The notes under the pieces: generated by a model
Told to the model about the DNA's origin: nothing
The model's database searches: none
The model's input: only the letters and a program-made list of their open reading frames with translations
Assembly (NCBI RefSeq): GCF_006345805.1
Contig: NC_043005.1
Coordinates: 63,116,001-63,180,000 of the forward strand
Source: Octopus sinensis
Taxonomy: Eukaryota
Length of the DNA stretch: 64,000 nucleotides
Direction: 5' to 3'
Shown here: one piece after another, positions 1 through 11,292 of the stretch
How positions within the stretch are numbered: the first letter of the stretch is position 1
Layout of the letters: each line of letters opens with the position of its first letter
Made by a program: the position numbers and the translations under genes

Positions 1-373
1 ATTCAATATTATCAAAAATATGAAATAGTTTTCTCTTTTCAACCAAACCAAATTTCCTTTTCTCTTCACAAAAAGTTTTCTCAGTGAATAAGATGAATCT
101 GTCTACACCTAATTAGTGTTACCTTCAGAGCTATGCATTTATTTTATTTATTTATTTATTTATTTATTTATTTTTTTTTTTACTTTATATAAACATGAAA
201 ACTCAGATTTGAAAAGATAAGGAATAGGAAGTTCAAAACTTTATATTTTTCTACTGAAAATTATAGTATTACTCCATTTGTCAGTGTGTGAACTTCATCC
301 CCACCACTCTCTCTTTAAACACACATTCATATATACATACATATATAAATGCACATATATCCGTACATATATA

Positions 374-600
374 TATATAGGGAGAATTCACAAAAAAACA
401 AACAAAAGACGAAGACAGGTGGTGTAGAAAACAAACAGATGTATTAGTATAATGCTCGGGAATTGAAAAAGTCTTTAACATTTTGAGCCTACACTCTTCC
501 ACAGAAAAGAACACAGAAAGAAACAAGGAAAGAAAACAAATGTGTGTAGTGGTTAGTGATCTATCATGGCGAATGCTGACACACATACACACACGCATAT
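374..600 (-). mobile_element. Penelope-like element 3' terminal fragment (family 2) with a decayed minimal hammerhead at 472-510
   Basis: Homologous to 47430-47625 and 61205-61440. Minus strand reads TCTTT-T-CTGTGGA-A-GAGT-GTAG-GCTC-AAAA-TGT-T-AAAGA (GAAA decayed to AAAA). Ends in a TA tract. Confidence 0.65.
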
Positions 601-616
601 ATAGATTTATGCGTAT

Positions 617-658
<42 letters not shown>

Positions 659-781
659 AGCTCAGCAAAATTTAGATTCAAATGAATAAGTTAGATGCAC
701 CAGAATTTTGAATGGTGTTATCCATATAAATCCATGGGGTGATTATAATCAAAATAAGCAACAAGAATAACTTTGGTAATT

Positions 782-866
782 TGGTACGATCGTTTCGCAC
801 TACATCATTTTATTAAATGTTGTTAGCATTACAACAGTTTTAAAATGCTGAGCACTCATCAGCCAT
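782..866 (-). ncRNA. Type I hammerhead ribozyme, intact core, long stem II, palindromic stem III (ACGAUCGU)
   Basis: Minus strand: AUGG CUGAUGA G UGCU..CAUUUUA..AAACUGUUG/CAACAUUU..UAAAAUG..AGUG C GAAA C GAUC GUA^CCA. Predicted cleavage between 785 and 784. Confidence 0.85.
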
Positions 867-1701
867 TAATAGAGGTTTTCCATTAATACATAATTTTCAT
901 ATCAAGTGATAACCTTATATAGAAGTTAGATATATAGACAAAGATGTGGATTTAAATTTTAAGAAGATTTAAGGTAGTGGTGTTTATCAACTGACTGACT
1001 AATAATCAGTTGCTCTGAACTACTAGAAGGTTCTGAGAAGAATGGACAAATGAAAGGAGACAATAAAGATTTTCTATTTATAGAAATAGGGGTGAAATAG
1101 ATATCAAAGTTCCATATAAAGAAAAGGATTGTCACATTACAATGCCTATTATTACTATTTGGTAAACAGATTTAGCATTAGGAAAACTAGGTTAATGTCA
1201 AATGGTTATAATGACACTCATAGAGAATGCAGAGATTTTTATAAAACTAATATACATCAACATTAGCTGATAGGTTCTGAGTACTTTGATACGTTGGATT
1301 AAAGGAGAAATTATAGATCTAAAATTTATTCAATTTAGAGAAAAGTCTATCACTTATTATGAGTAGGCATAATACTTATTAATTGGGGAAAAAGTCTTAT
1401 TAGTCAAGTAAATATATTAGGGGTCCAAAATATATACTAGGAAAAATAGAAGAGGAAAAATCAAAGAAGAAAGGTATTCATAGGTTTAGTAGAAGGTGAT
1501 TTAATAATATGAAGAGAAGTAATTTAGAAGAGTAAATTATTCAGATTTCATAGATAGTGAGTTGTTATTAATGAATTAAAATATAGGATCTGTTGGAAAT
1601 AATATTTACTACTGCGGAGAAAGGTTAATTAGTTAGGTAAAAATATCTTAGGTTAATTATATATTAAGAAATGGAAGTGAGCTAATCAAGGTGAATCGAA
1701 T

Positions 1702-2481
1702 GGATCTTTTCCTTTTGATGGACGGAATTTTCTAGTTAACTAAACAATTTGAAACTTCGTATACTGGTAGAATGTGTCAAAAGAAAACATTATTGTAAAC
1801 AAAATTGAAAACAAAATTGTAATTTGTAAGTTAAACGTAGTTTAATTCTTCGAATTTTAACCAATGAAATCCCAGCATTTGAGCTCAAATCATTTGCTGC
1901 GTCTAAAAACTCACACATACGCGTCTTATTCATCCTTCTGTCTTCTGTCTTCTGCATGTGCTAGAAATAACAGATATGTCTCTTAAATCGATGAATTTCG
2001 TCGCCCAATAAAAATATTAACGATATTTTTTGAATATTTTCTTTATTTTTTTTTTACCGAAAAGGCTTCTCCCATGGTTTTGAAGGGCCAGAAACAACAA
2101 AAACAAAACAATAATATGCCTAAATCGGTCTAGAGGGTGCGCGTGGAGTGTGGGTCGTATTGTAAAAATTTGCGAAATATTTTTTCATAAAACGATGCCC
2201 AGCTTGTCGGAGGCTGTGATATAAATTGGGAAAAAAATCCTCGACACCAGTGCGTAATTGGTACTTAATTTATCGACCCCGAAACGATGAAAAATTGCCC
2301 CCCCCCCTTCTGGTTTATTTACCTTTTGTGTAAATTTGTTGCAGCAAGGGGCAAAACACAGAGGGGACAAAGCTGCGTATGTGTGTGTATGTATATCTCT
2401 GTTTGTATGTGTGTGTACGCTTATATATTGATTACTATGTGCTTGTGCAAATGTATATGCATGTGTTTGAGAGAGATAGTG

Positions 2482-2513
<32 letters not shown>

Positions 2514-2835
2514 CAAGTGTACGTGTGTATGTATCTGAATATATGTGTGTGTGTGTGTGTGTATGCGGCGTGCGTCTGCTATGTTTCTTTATCAATATCG
2601 ATAACGCAGCAAATGATTTGCGCTCAAATGCTGAGATTTCATTGGTTCAAATTCGAAGATGCTGGGATTTCATTGGTTAAAATTCGAAGAATTAAACTAC
2701 GTTAAACTTACAAATTACAATTTTGTTTTCAATTTTGTTTACAATAATGTTTTCTTTTGACACATTTTACCAGTATACGAAGTTTCAAATTGTTTAGTTA
2801 ACTAGAAAATTCCGTCCATCAAAAGGAAAAGATCC
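1702..2835. mobile_element. Non-autonomous DNA transposon (MITE/foldback) with ~200-bp terminal inverted repeats
   Basis: 1702-1902 is the reverse complement of 2604-2835 (GGATCTTTTCCTTTTGATGG...CCATCAAAAGGAAAAGATCC). Flanked by AAT on both sides (candidate 3-bp TSD). The right arm has a 31-bp tandem duplication. No transposase. Confidence 0.85.
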
Positions 2836-3038
2836 AATTGAATAGTTTCCTTAGGGACATAGAATTTATACTATTTAGTATTGGAGAATATCAGAAAAAG
2901 AAGAATTTAATTCTAAGTTTGCAATGAAGTTTTTTTAGTAATCTATGTATGTTGAATTAAAAACCAGTATTGTATATTCGTTCTTATTTGGTTATAAAGA
3001 ATTAAAATTTGAAAAATTTAGGAATATTCACAATATTA

Positions 3039-3593
3039 TTATTTAAAATATTTAAACGTACGGGTTTTGCGCTGTGTGCAAGATACTCCTAGCTCCAAAT
3101 GGTTATTTAACCGATTTGTATTACTCCGATGTTTTAAAATTTCATATGTTTCCATAGAACAAAGTTGACAACCATCCCTACTATTTTTATAAGGCCGTGC
3201 TTTTCTTACTATATCCCATTTCAGGTTGAATTCTATATTATTCGTTTTTAGTTCCCAAATTTTACTAGACAATGTTGTGCAACCTGCTTTGTGTTTGAGC
3301 CTAAAGGAGAAAAAATGATTGTTAAAACGTATTTTTAAATCTACCGAACAACCGAAATAAAGATATTTGTTATTTGAAGTTATTATTGCACGTTTATAAA
3401 TCACGTTTTGGACCGAACAACGGCCAGATACCGGGCATTTCGATCTAATCCTACAATTATAACTGGGGGGATAATTTTCAGTACTAGTATTATTTAAGGA
3501 CAGTTCATTTTCCTTACTGTTATTTGAGTTGTTATTAGTATTAGTGTTATTTTCTCTAATAGGAGTTACATTGTTATGGCTGATGAGTGCCAT
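3039..3593 (-). CDS. Penelope GIY-YIG endonuclease domain (C-terminal part of a 5'-truncated RT-EN ORF)
   Basis: Linker LISHN..YNCRIRSKCPVSGRC followed by NVIYK..YFG..KIRFNNH..CQLCSMETYEI..RLN, the motif order of PLE GIY-YIG nucleases. The ATG arises at the truncation junction. Confidence 0.85.
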   Translation of the reverse strand: MALISHNNVTPIRENNTNTNNNSNNSKENELSLNNTSTENYPPSYNCRIRSKCPVSGRCSVQNVIYKRAIITSNNKYLYFGCSVDLKIRFNNHFFSFRLKHKAGCTTLSSKIWELKTNNIEFNLKWDIVRKARPYKNSRDGCQLCSMETYEILKHRSNTNRLNNHLELGVSCTQRKTRTFKYFK

Positions 3594-3596
3594 GTT

Positions 3597-3681
3597 ATGG
3601 CTGATGAGTTCTCAGCATTTTAAAACTGTTGTAATGTTTACAACATTTAATAAAATGATGTAGTGCGAAACGATCGTACCA
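3597..3681 (+). ncRNA. Type I hammerhead ribozyme in the inverted terminal arm of PLE family 1
   Basis: TGG CTGATGA G (3601-3608) ...C GAAA C GATC GTA^CCA (3666-3681). Near-identical to 782-866. Confidence 0.8.
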
Positions 3682-3715
3682 AATTACCAAAGTTATTCTT
3701 GTTGCTTATTTTGAG

Positions 3716-3742
<27 letters not shown>

Positions 3743-3748
<6 letters not shown>

Positions 3749-3849
3749 ACAACAGAATAACAAATTTTAGCTTACAACTGTTTCTGCTACAAGATGAACT
3801 GCACTCAACGTTGAATGCTTATGTATCAACCCTTAGCTTCATTAAAGCC
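3743..3849 (-). ncRNA. Decayed type I hammerhead (3769-3849) in a further PLE-like terminus pointing into the same (TA)n tract
   Basis: Minus strand: GGCT TTAATGA A GCTA...TAGC A GAAA C AGTT GTA^AGCT. Stem I GGCU/AGCU, stem II GCUA/UAGC with a near-palindromic tip GCATTCAACGTTGAGTGC. Core CUGAUGA mutated. Confidence 0.6.
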
Positions 3850-4743
3850 TTCAAAAATGAAATGTATTACATCTTGTAGCCAAAATAGCTGTCAGTAGAT
3901 GAAGTTCATAACATAGCTTCTTATTCCCTTGTCATTTTGATTTCTTATTACTGCTCTGTACTTGATTAATGCTTTCATCTAAAGCATGTGTTTATTGAGT
4001 TCTAACACCAGGTTATTACTACACCCAAGCAAAATTATAATATCGAATGTATGTACGCATGTACAGAATATATATATATATATATATATCAGACTGGAGC
4101 GTCGTCCAGCCTGTATGGAAAGCAGACATTAAACAATGATATATATATATATATATATGAATTACCTGCATAAAGAAGCTTTTGTTCACAGGGACCTCCC
4201 TGCTGATATGGTTTCTAAATTGGGGGCTGATGTTCAGCTTTATCAATGGTGCAAAAATGGGCAGCTGTATTATGGAGAGTCTTGAAGATGATACAACATC
4301 CAGATGTCCTTCAACTTCCACCATCGAAGAATACATTGATCGTGTTCACCACATGCTGACGGATTACAGGCTATTGACTATATATCAAGTAGCCAATGCT
4401 ATCAGCATATCCTGCGAGAAAGTTTAGAATATTCTGTGCAATGAACTTGGTAAGATGATGGTTTCTGCTCGGGGTGTGCCACATCTGACATCTGATCAAA
4501 CGTGCATAAAGATGATCACATCGCAAAAAAATCTGACATAGTTTGAGGCTGGTTTCTTTGAACATTTCCTACACCGGGATGAATGTTGGGTTCATTTCTT
4601 TGATCAAAAGACAAAGAGACAATCCATGCAATGGAAACACCCCTCCTCACTTGCTCCATCCTTTGGAGTGTTTCATCTGGGTCATTTCATCTGCAGGGAA
4701 GCAATCAACTTCCCTGCTGATGAAAAAGGCATTGTAGGATTGC

Positions 4744-4959
4744 TGTGGGGATAATAGTAATAATAGTATACCCTTCTCACATGACGAGTGGTATGTGCTA
4801 GTCGTTATAAATAAGGTGGTGTCAGTCAGTATAAAGAGAAGGTACGAAGTAAACAGTCATAGATAGTCACAGTCTTACTTGTCTTACTAATAATACTGTG
4901 ATACCAAAGTGGGCATTATAACAATTCAACATTAAGGGTTACAACAGTGGCGATGAGGA
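4744..4959 (+). repeat. 5' LTR (4744-4946, TG...CA, ~203 bp) and primer-binding site TGGCGATGAGGA (4948-4959)
   Basis: TGTGGGG...GTTACAACA immediately followed by a TGGCG-type PBS, directly upstream of gag. Confidence 0.7.
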
Positions 4960-7900
4960 ATTAACATGAGGAATTAACAAATTTACAAAATTTATTTTGT
5001 GCAAATTTTACAGAAAAAAAATCATAAAATTAGGGACGCTTTGTTGGCCAGTTTGCTCAAGTTTCAAAAACAGCAAGAACAGCAACTGAAAGAACAACAG
5101 CAGCAGCTACAACTGCAAGAACAACAGCAGAAACAACAACAATAATAACTACTATTACAGCAACAAATGCTGCAATTAATGAATAGTAACTTGTCAGGAA
5201 ATACTGGGAAAATGTTCTCACCAGATTATGTTGTGAACTCGATGACAGAGTTTAAGTATGAACCAGATGAAGAAGTTACCTTCGAGGCTTTCTATAGAAG
5301 ATACGAATAAATTTTCAATAAAGAGTGCAAAGATTGGGACGACGATATGAAAACGTGTTTAATCTTAGGAAAACTGGCAACAGGAGAACATGAGTGTTAC
5401 AGCGATTATGTACTTCCAAAATTTCTTCTAACGTAAAATTTAAAGATACAATAGACATGTTGTGTAAAATTTTTAGTGAGAACAGCTCATTCTTCAATAC
5501 ATGTTGGAAATGTAAGAACCTAGAAAAGAACAACGAGGACCACATCACATACACTACTAGAGTTAACAGGGAATGTGAAAAGTTCAAGCTGGACGAATTA
5601 ACATCAAATATGTTAAAGTGCCTGATATTTATTCACAGACTAACTGCAGAGAAAGATGCAGAAGTAAGAATAAGAGTTCTCACTAAGCTGGAACAAGACC
5701 AAGCTGTAATGTTATAACAAGTGTCAGAAGAGTGTGAAAGAATAGTAAATTTAAGACACAACACAGAAAATTGAACATAAAGATTGCTCCCAAGTGAAAC
5801 AAGTGTGAAATAGGCAGAATAGAAATCAAGTGTGTACTAAAATACATTACAAACAGGACAGAAATCAGGAAAAACATCCATGGTTTGCATGTCAAGGTCT
5901 ACCTTTGAGGAAAAAGTGTCCATTTATGAAAGTGGAATGCTTCCAATGTGGAAAAATTGGACATATAAAAGCTCACTATAAAACCAAGATGGCAAAATGT
6001 TGGAACAAAGGAAAAAGAATTAACAGTACGTCATCAACAGAAAATGGTAATATAACAAAGAGAAAATTCGTACATGCAAAAATTCAAAATATAAGAGTCA
6101 AAATGCAGTTAGAGACTGGAAGTGATACTACCATTGGGAACGAAAATACTTGGAAGTATATTGGTAATCCAAAATTAAATAAATCTACAAAAGTAGCACA
6201 TGATGTTACGGATAAAAGATTGTATTTTGTCAGTAATTATGTGTGTAATATAACAGTTCGTAACCAAAAGAAAATAACAAAAATGTATGTACTAAAAACT
6301 TCAACTAATCTATTCAGCACAGAGTGGATGGAACTATTCAAATTGTGGAATATACCCATAAGTGTTTTATGTAAGAAATATAGTTGGTTCAGTTAAAGGT
6401 GCGAATGTGGCTGAGGGATGTTTTCTCAGAAAAACTGGGCTGTTGCATGAGAACAAAGACAAAAAATGTAGTAAAACAAAGTGGAACATCTGTATTTAAC
6501 CCAAAAAAGAATGTACCATTCACGGCAATAGACCAGGTAAGCAAGGAACTTGAAAGACTTGAAAGTCTAGGAATAATCAAGAAGACGAACCACTCAGACT
6601 GGGCAGCGCCTATGGCCTACGTAAAAAAGAAAAATAACAAGTTAAGAGTTTGTGCAGATTATTCAACAGGTTTGAATGATTGCTTAATCTCATATAACTA
6701 CTCATTGCCGAGTCCTGAGGAAGTGTTTGCAAAATTGAATGGAGGGAAATTCTAATAAAAAGTGAATCACATGAGCCACATGTAGAACATTTTGAAAGGG
6801 TATTTGAGAAGATTAGAGAATAGTTTCAAGTTAACGGAAGGAAAAGGAGAGTTCTTAATGATAAAAATTAAATACTTGGGCCAGATAAAAGATAAAAACG
6901 GATGGAAACCAGATCCATCCAGAGTAACTGTGGTAAAAAATTATGCCCACACTGAACAATGTGACTATGCTACAAGCCTTCTTGAGATTAGTAAATTATC
7001 ATCAAATTTACATTCCCAACATACATAATGTAAGGGCCCCACTCAATGATCTGTTAAAGAAAAATATAAAATGGTGTTGAACTGATAAGTGCCAGAAGGC
7101 ATTTGGTGAGTTAAAAAGCATTTTAACATCAAACTTATCATTAACATACTTTGATCCAAAGTTGTATATTATATTGGCTACAGATTCGAGTGATTACAGT
7201 GTAGGAGCCGTGCCTCTGCACAAATATGATGATGGGAGTAAAAAGGCTATAGCCATGCACCACGATCGTTATTACCAGCTGAAAGGAACTGTAGTTAGAT
7301 AGAAGCATTAGCAATCATACTCAGTGGGAAAAAATTCCATAGATTTATTCATGGAAGAAGTTTCTGTCTTCAAATGGATCATCACCCACTACTGTCAATA
7401 TACAGTTTTAAAAAAGGAATATCAACACTCACAGCAAATAGACTACTGCGATGGGGCACTACATTATTGAATTATGACTACAAAATAGAATATTTACCAT
7501 AAAAAAAAACTAGGCCATGCAGATGGGTTGTCCAAACTGATACCAAAATACTGCGAGCCATTCAAAGATATGATAGTCACAGCTTTAATAGCAGAAGGAG
7601 CAATAGAAAATGTCATGTGGAATGTGGTACTCAAATTACTGGTAACCCTAGAAGACATAAAGCAAAATGTGGTAAAGGACAAATTCACAACAGAAATGAA
7701 AAGAACACTGTTGTCAGGTAAAGTAAATAGAAACAGGATTGGAGCAAAATGAAACCAAGAAGTGTACCTATACTCAATTTGTAATGGCATACTGATGTAT
7801 GCACAGAATAGTGATACTTGAAATGCTACAAAAGAAAATGTTGAGTGGATTTCATGTTGGACATCCTGGTATTTCTAGGAAGAAAGCTTTAATGCATAGC

Positions 7901-8245
7901 TATGTGTACTGACCAAAAATGGATTGAGAAATCGAAAATTTATTGAAAGGTTGTAGAGGATGTGCTCTAGCTACCAAATCATCAACAATAAAATGTAAAC
8001 TTTGGCCAAAAGTAGATGTTCCGTGGTCAAGACTACACATCGATTTCACTGGTCCTTTAAATGGTTCATACTACTTAGTGGTAGTTGATAGGTTCTCTAA
8101 ACGGCCAGAAATTTCTAAGTGTAAAAATCTAGCCTCCTCAACTGTAGCAAATTTTCTACATGAGCTGTTTCTGAAATTTAGCATCCCAGATGCAATAGTG
8201 TCTGACAATGAAACACAATTTGTGTCTTTTGAATTTAAAATGCTC

Positions 8246-8668
8246 AGGCGTAGGAGTGGCTGTGTGGTAAGTAGCTTGCTAACCAACCACATGGTCCCGG
8301 GTTCAGTCCCACTGCGTGGCATCTTGGGCAAGTGTCTTCTACTATAACCCCGGGCCGACCAATGCCTTGTGAGTGGATTTGGTAGACGGAAACTGAAAGA
8401 AGCCTGTCGTATATATGTATATATATATATGTATGTATGTATGTGTGTGTTTGTGTGTCTGCTGTGTTTGTCCCCCTAGCATTGCTTGACAACCGATGCT
8501 GGTGTGTTTACGTCCCCGTAACTTAGCGGTTCGGCAAAAGAGACCGATAGATTAAGTACTGGGCTTACAAAGAATAAGTCCCGGGGTCGAGTTGCTCGAC
8601 TAAAGGCGGTGCTCCAGCATGGCCGCAGTCAAAATGACTGAAACAAGTAAAAGAAAGAAAGAAGAAAG
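8246..8668 (+). mobile_element. tRNA-derived SINE family A (CORE-like, Octopus-type), full length, inserted in the Gypsy integrase
   Basis: A box TGGCTGTGTGG, B box GGTTCAGTCCC, CTTGGGCAAG segment, central microsatellite, tail ACTGAAACAAGTAAAAGA. The integrase frame resumes after it. Confidence 0.85.
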
Positions 8669-9559
8669 TAAAACTTTCGCTGTAGAACATGTAACTATGA
8701 TGCATACCATCCCAGATCTAACAGACAAGCAGAATGCTTTGTCGATACATTCAAGGGAGCCCTAAGAAAGTTGAATAAGGAAGTTAAGGATGAGGTGCCT
8801 CTACAACAATTCTTAAGAGTATACCCTGTGACACCAAGTCCAAATACACCATGGCCATGTCTTTGAACTGGTTGATCAGCCTCACTGTTTTACTGATTTG
8901 GCCCCATCTGACCATCAACTGCTCCTCAACACACACACAAAAAAGCACTTGGCTGGGAACCAGTATTGCAATGCTGATAATGTCATATTTGTAGTTGATG
9001 ACTTTTTTGACCGACAGAATGAAAGCTTCATTAGCAATGGGATCTAAGCACTGCAATACTGGTGAAAGATGTGTGTAGACAAAATAAACCTCACTTGGTT
9101 ACATTTCATGAGGGTATCTTGGTCAGCCTATGAACTTTTCTTCCAACCCTCAGTAAAAAAAAAGTAATCATAAGAGGGAAATAAATGTAAATTTTAGGTC
9201 AACTCTACTAAACACTATGTTTAACATATTGTCAAATGTTTTTCAAAAGCAGCTCATAGTTTCAGTTGCTACAAACAGGGCCCCAATGTAAAATGGTGTA
9301 TTTTTGGAAGAACAATATAACTACTATAGAAATATTAAAATTACTAAGTCTCTATAAAAGAGATTACGGCAGCATTTACTGGAAATTATGGATACAGATC
9401 GTGTATCAATAGCTATCTTAAGGCGGTGGCTTCATGGAGCTGACCAGCGGCAGCGATTATTCTTATATCTATAAGAATGCCATATTAATATGGAGATAAC
9501 AATTAATATAACTACTAGCTTTTGAGAAAAAGCATAAAGTGGGCTCTGTCGAAAGTTGG

Positions 9560-9820
9560 AGAAAAAAAGGATAAAGTTCCTTCCAAGTCATATAGACTTA
9601 TAGGGCTGGTTTCCTGGTTTCTGTGGTGTATATATTTTCCCCACTAGATGGGATACCAGTCCTTCATAGATTTACACATTTTTGCCAGCTGAGTGGACTG
9701 GAGTAACATGAAATGAAGTGTTTTGCTCAAGAACACAATGCATCACCTGGTCAAGGAATCGAAACCACAATCTTATGATCATGAGCCCAACACCTTAACC
9801 ACTAAGCCACGTGCCTCTAC
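9560..9820 (-). mobile_element. tRNA-derived SINE family D
   Basis: Minus strand: A box TGGCTTAGTGG, B box GGTTTCGATTCC, GTGTTCTTGAGCAAAACACTT segment. Homologous to 46321-46563. Confidence 0.7.
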
Positions 9821-11069
9821 TATCAAAAGCTAACTTCCAAAAAGAAAAGATTTCAATGAACTTTGTCTAGTCAAAAGGCATTGGTATGTTGGATCATTTA
9901 TCTCTCACTGTAGTCCTTGAAGCATTTGGAATAAAATCAACTTTTGGATTATGAAGCCACATGTTCAGAAGTTTTGGAGAATGGGTTTTTGCATACATTA
10001 AAAATTGATATATCGATTGTTATTGATATTAGATCTACTATTATTATTTAAAATGAAAGATTTCAGGAAAATTCTTTTTGGGTTTGAGTTATAGAATTGT
10101 TGTAACTGTATATGTATTTGATGTCACTATCTTGGCAATATTCTCATAAGACATCGATGTTGTAATTGTAATATTGAAATAATATGAGAAGACAACAACA
10201 AAAGGGGGAAAAAATCAATCATGAAATATAATAGCAGAAGAAAAAATATCAACCAAGAAAAATCTGTAAAGTTATTTCTGGACAATTGCTGAAGAAACTT
10301 CATTCATCATTTTACTCGGCAGTTTAGTTTAGGTCTGACTTTCAAATGAATAAAAAACTGAATTAAAGTGCTTAGAGTAAGGGAACTTATTTATCATTGG
10401 GTCAAGATAATGCTTTGGGAGATATGTTAGATTTACAAAAAGATCTTTTGGTTTGAACTTAAAGGCAAAGATTCTAAACAACTTTGATGTATCTCTACTT
10501 TGGTAATGTTTGCACTCAGCTTTTTCTCTCCATGACATATTCTCAGGGCACATCATACTACGTAGCATCAAAAATATAGTAAAGTGCCAGAAATAGCGAT
10601 TAATTCTTTTGTGTATTGCTTTTGGTTGCTGATCTTCATGAAGAGATACTGTCACTGATCTTATATGAAGGATGGAACATACTAGTTTCTCAGTGAATGC
10701 AGTTCAGATCCTGATAATCTCTCAAGTAGGTTTTAGAGAAAATAGATTAGTATTGCTCTCTCTAAATCAGCATAGCTATGTATTCTACACGGGCAGCAAT
10801 GTTTGAAAGGGTTGGTGGGAAGAGAAACTTGTTGTCAGGAAGGTCAGAATCCTGAGTATAACAAAAATAATAAAAAAAGTCAGTAAAACTGTCACTTGGT
10901 TTTGAATGAATATGGTTTCCTGATAGTGGTTTTGTCCTATGAATTTGAACCATCAATATTTTGGATTGAGTATTCCTCACTACTATTGCACTGGAAATCA
11001 AAAATTAAACAAAAGATGATCTAACTGTTCTTTCTTGGAGAGCTTCTTCACTTACTTTTGTAAATTTCT

Positions 11070-11292
11070 TATTTCTTTACTGCCCACAAGGAGCTACACA
11101 CACAGGGGACAACCAAGGACAAACGGATCAAGTCGATTATATCAACCCCAGTGCGTAACTGGTACTTAATTTATCGACCCCGAATGGATGAAAGGCAAAG
11201 TCGGCCTCAGTGGAATTTGAACTCAGAACATAACGGCAGACAAAATACCGCTTGAATTTCCCCCTGGTGTGCTAATGTTTCTGCCAGCTCGC
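11070..11292 (-). mobile_element. tRNA-derived SINE family B (Deu/Nin-like central domain)
   Basis: Head GCGAGCTGGCAGAAAC..GAGTTCAAATTCC and central TTTCATCC(A/T)TTCGGGGTCGATAAATTAAGTACCAG. Candidate TSD TTTTGTAAATTTCT on both sides. Confidence 0.8.

Larger units (their letters stand above)
658..3715 (-). mobile_element. 5'-truncated Penelope-like retroelement (family 1): GIY-YIG ORF, long 3' UTR and HHR-bearing terminus, plus an inverted terminal copy; interrupted by a TIR element
   Basis: GIY-YIG ORF 3593-3039. HHR at 866-782. Segment ~3594-3715 (+) is the reverse complement of ~745-866. Both ends abut (TA)n (631-657 and 3716-3742). Confidence 0.85.
4744..8860 (+). mobile_element. Degenerate Ty3/Gypsy LTR retrotransposon (gag-PR-RT-RH-IN order), 3' LTR deleted
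   Basis: Zn knuckle CFQCGKIGH, protease LETGSD, RT WAAPMAYVKKKNNKLRVCADYSTGLN, RNase H ATDSSDYSVGAV..DHHPL, integrase WSRLHIDFTGP..VVDRFSK..VSDNETQF..HPRSN. Many stops and frameshifts. Confidence 0.92.
4159..9153 (+). mobile_element. Degenerate mariner transposon split by a Gypsy insertion (N-terminal part 4159-4743, C-terminal part and 3' TIR 8861-9153)
   Basis: ESLEDD..SRCPST..IDRVHH..SARGVPHLLT..DECWV..QSMQWKH, then after the insert ELVD..DLAPSD..KKHLAGNQY..DDFFD and TIR-like GGTCAGCCTATGAACTTTTC..CCCTC followed by TA (9154-9155). Confidence 0.8.

Noticed and set aside
4717-4723. Isolated CTGATGA (also minus-strand hits near 33470, 48020, 53960)
   Set aside because: No stem II/GAAA/stem I partner; these lie in transposase or other sequence.
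9276-9548. CAGGGCCC...GGGCTCTG as hAT MITE ends
   Set aside because: Only a 7/8 match and no TSD.
10675-10775. GAAAC-UA-GUA palindromic half-hammerhead on the minus strand
   Set aside because: No CUGANGA with a complementary stem I at a suitable distance.
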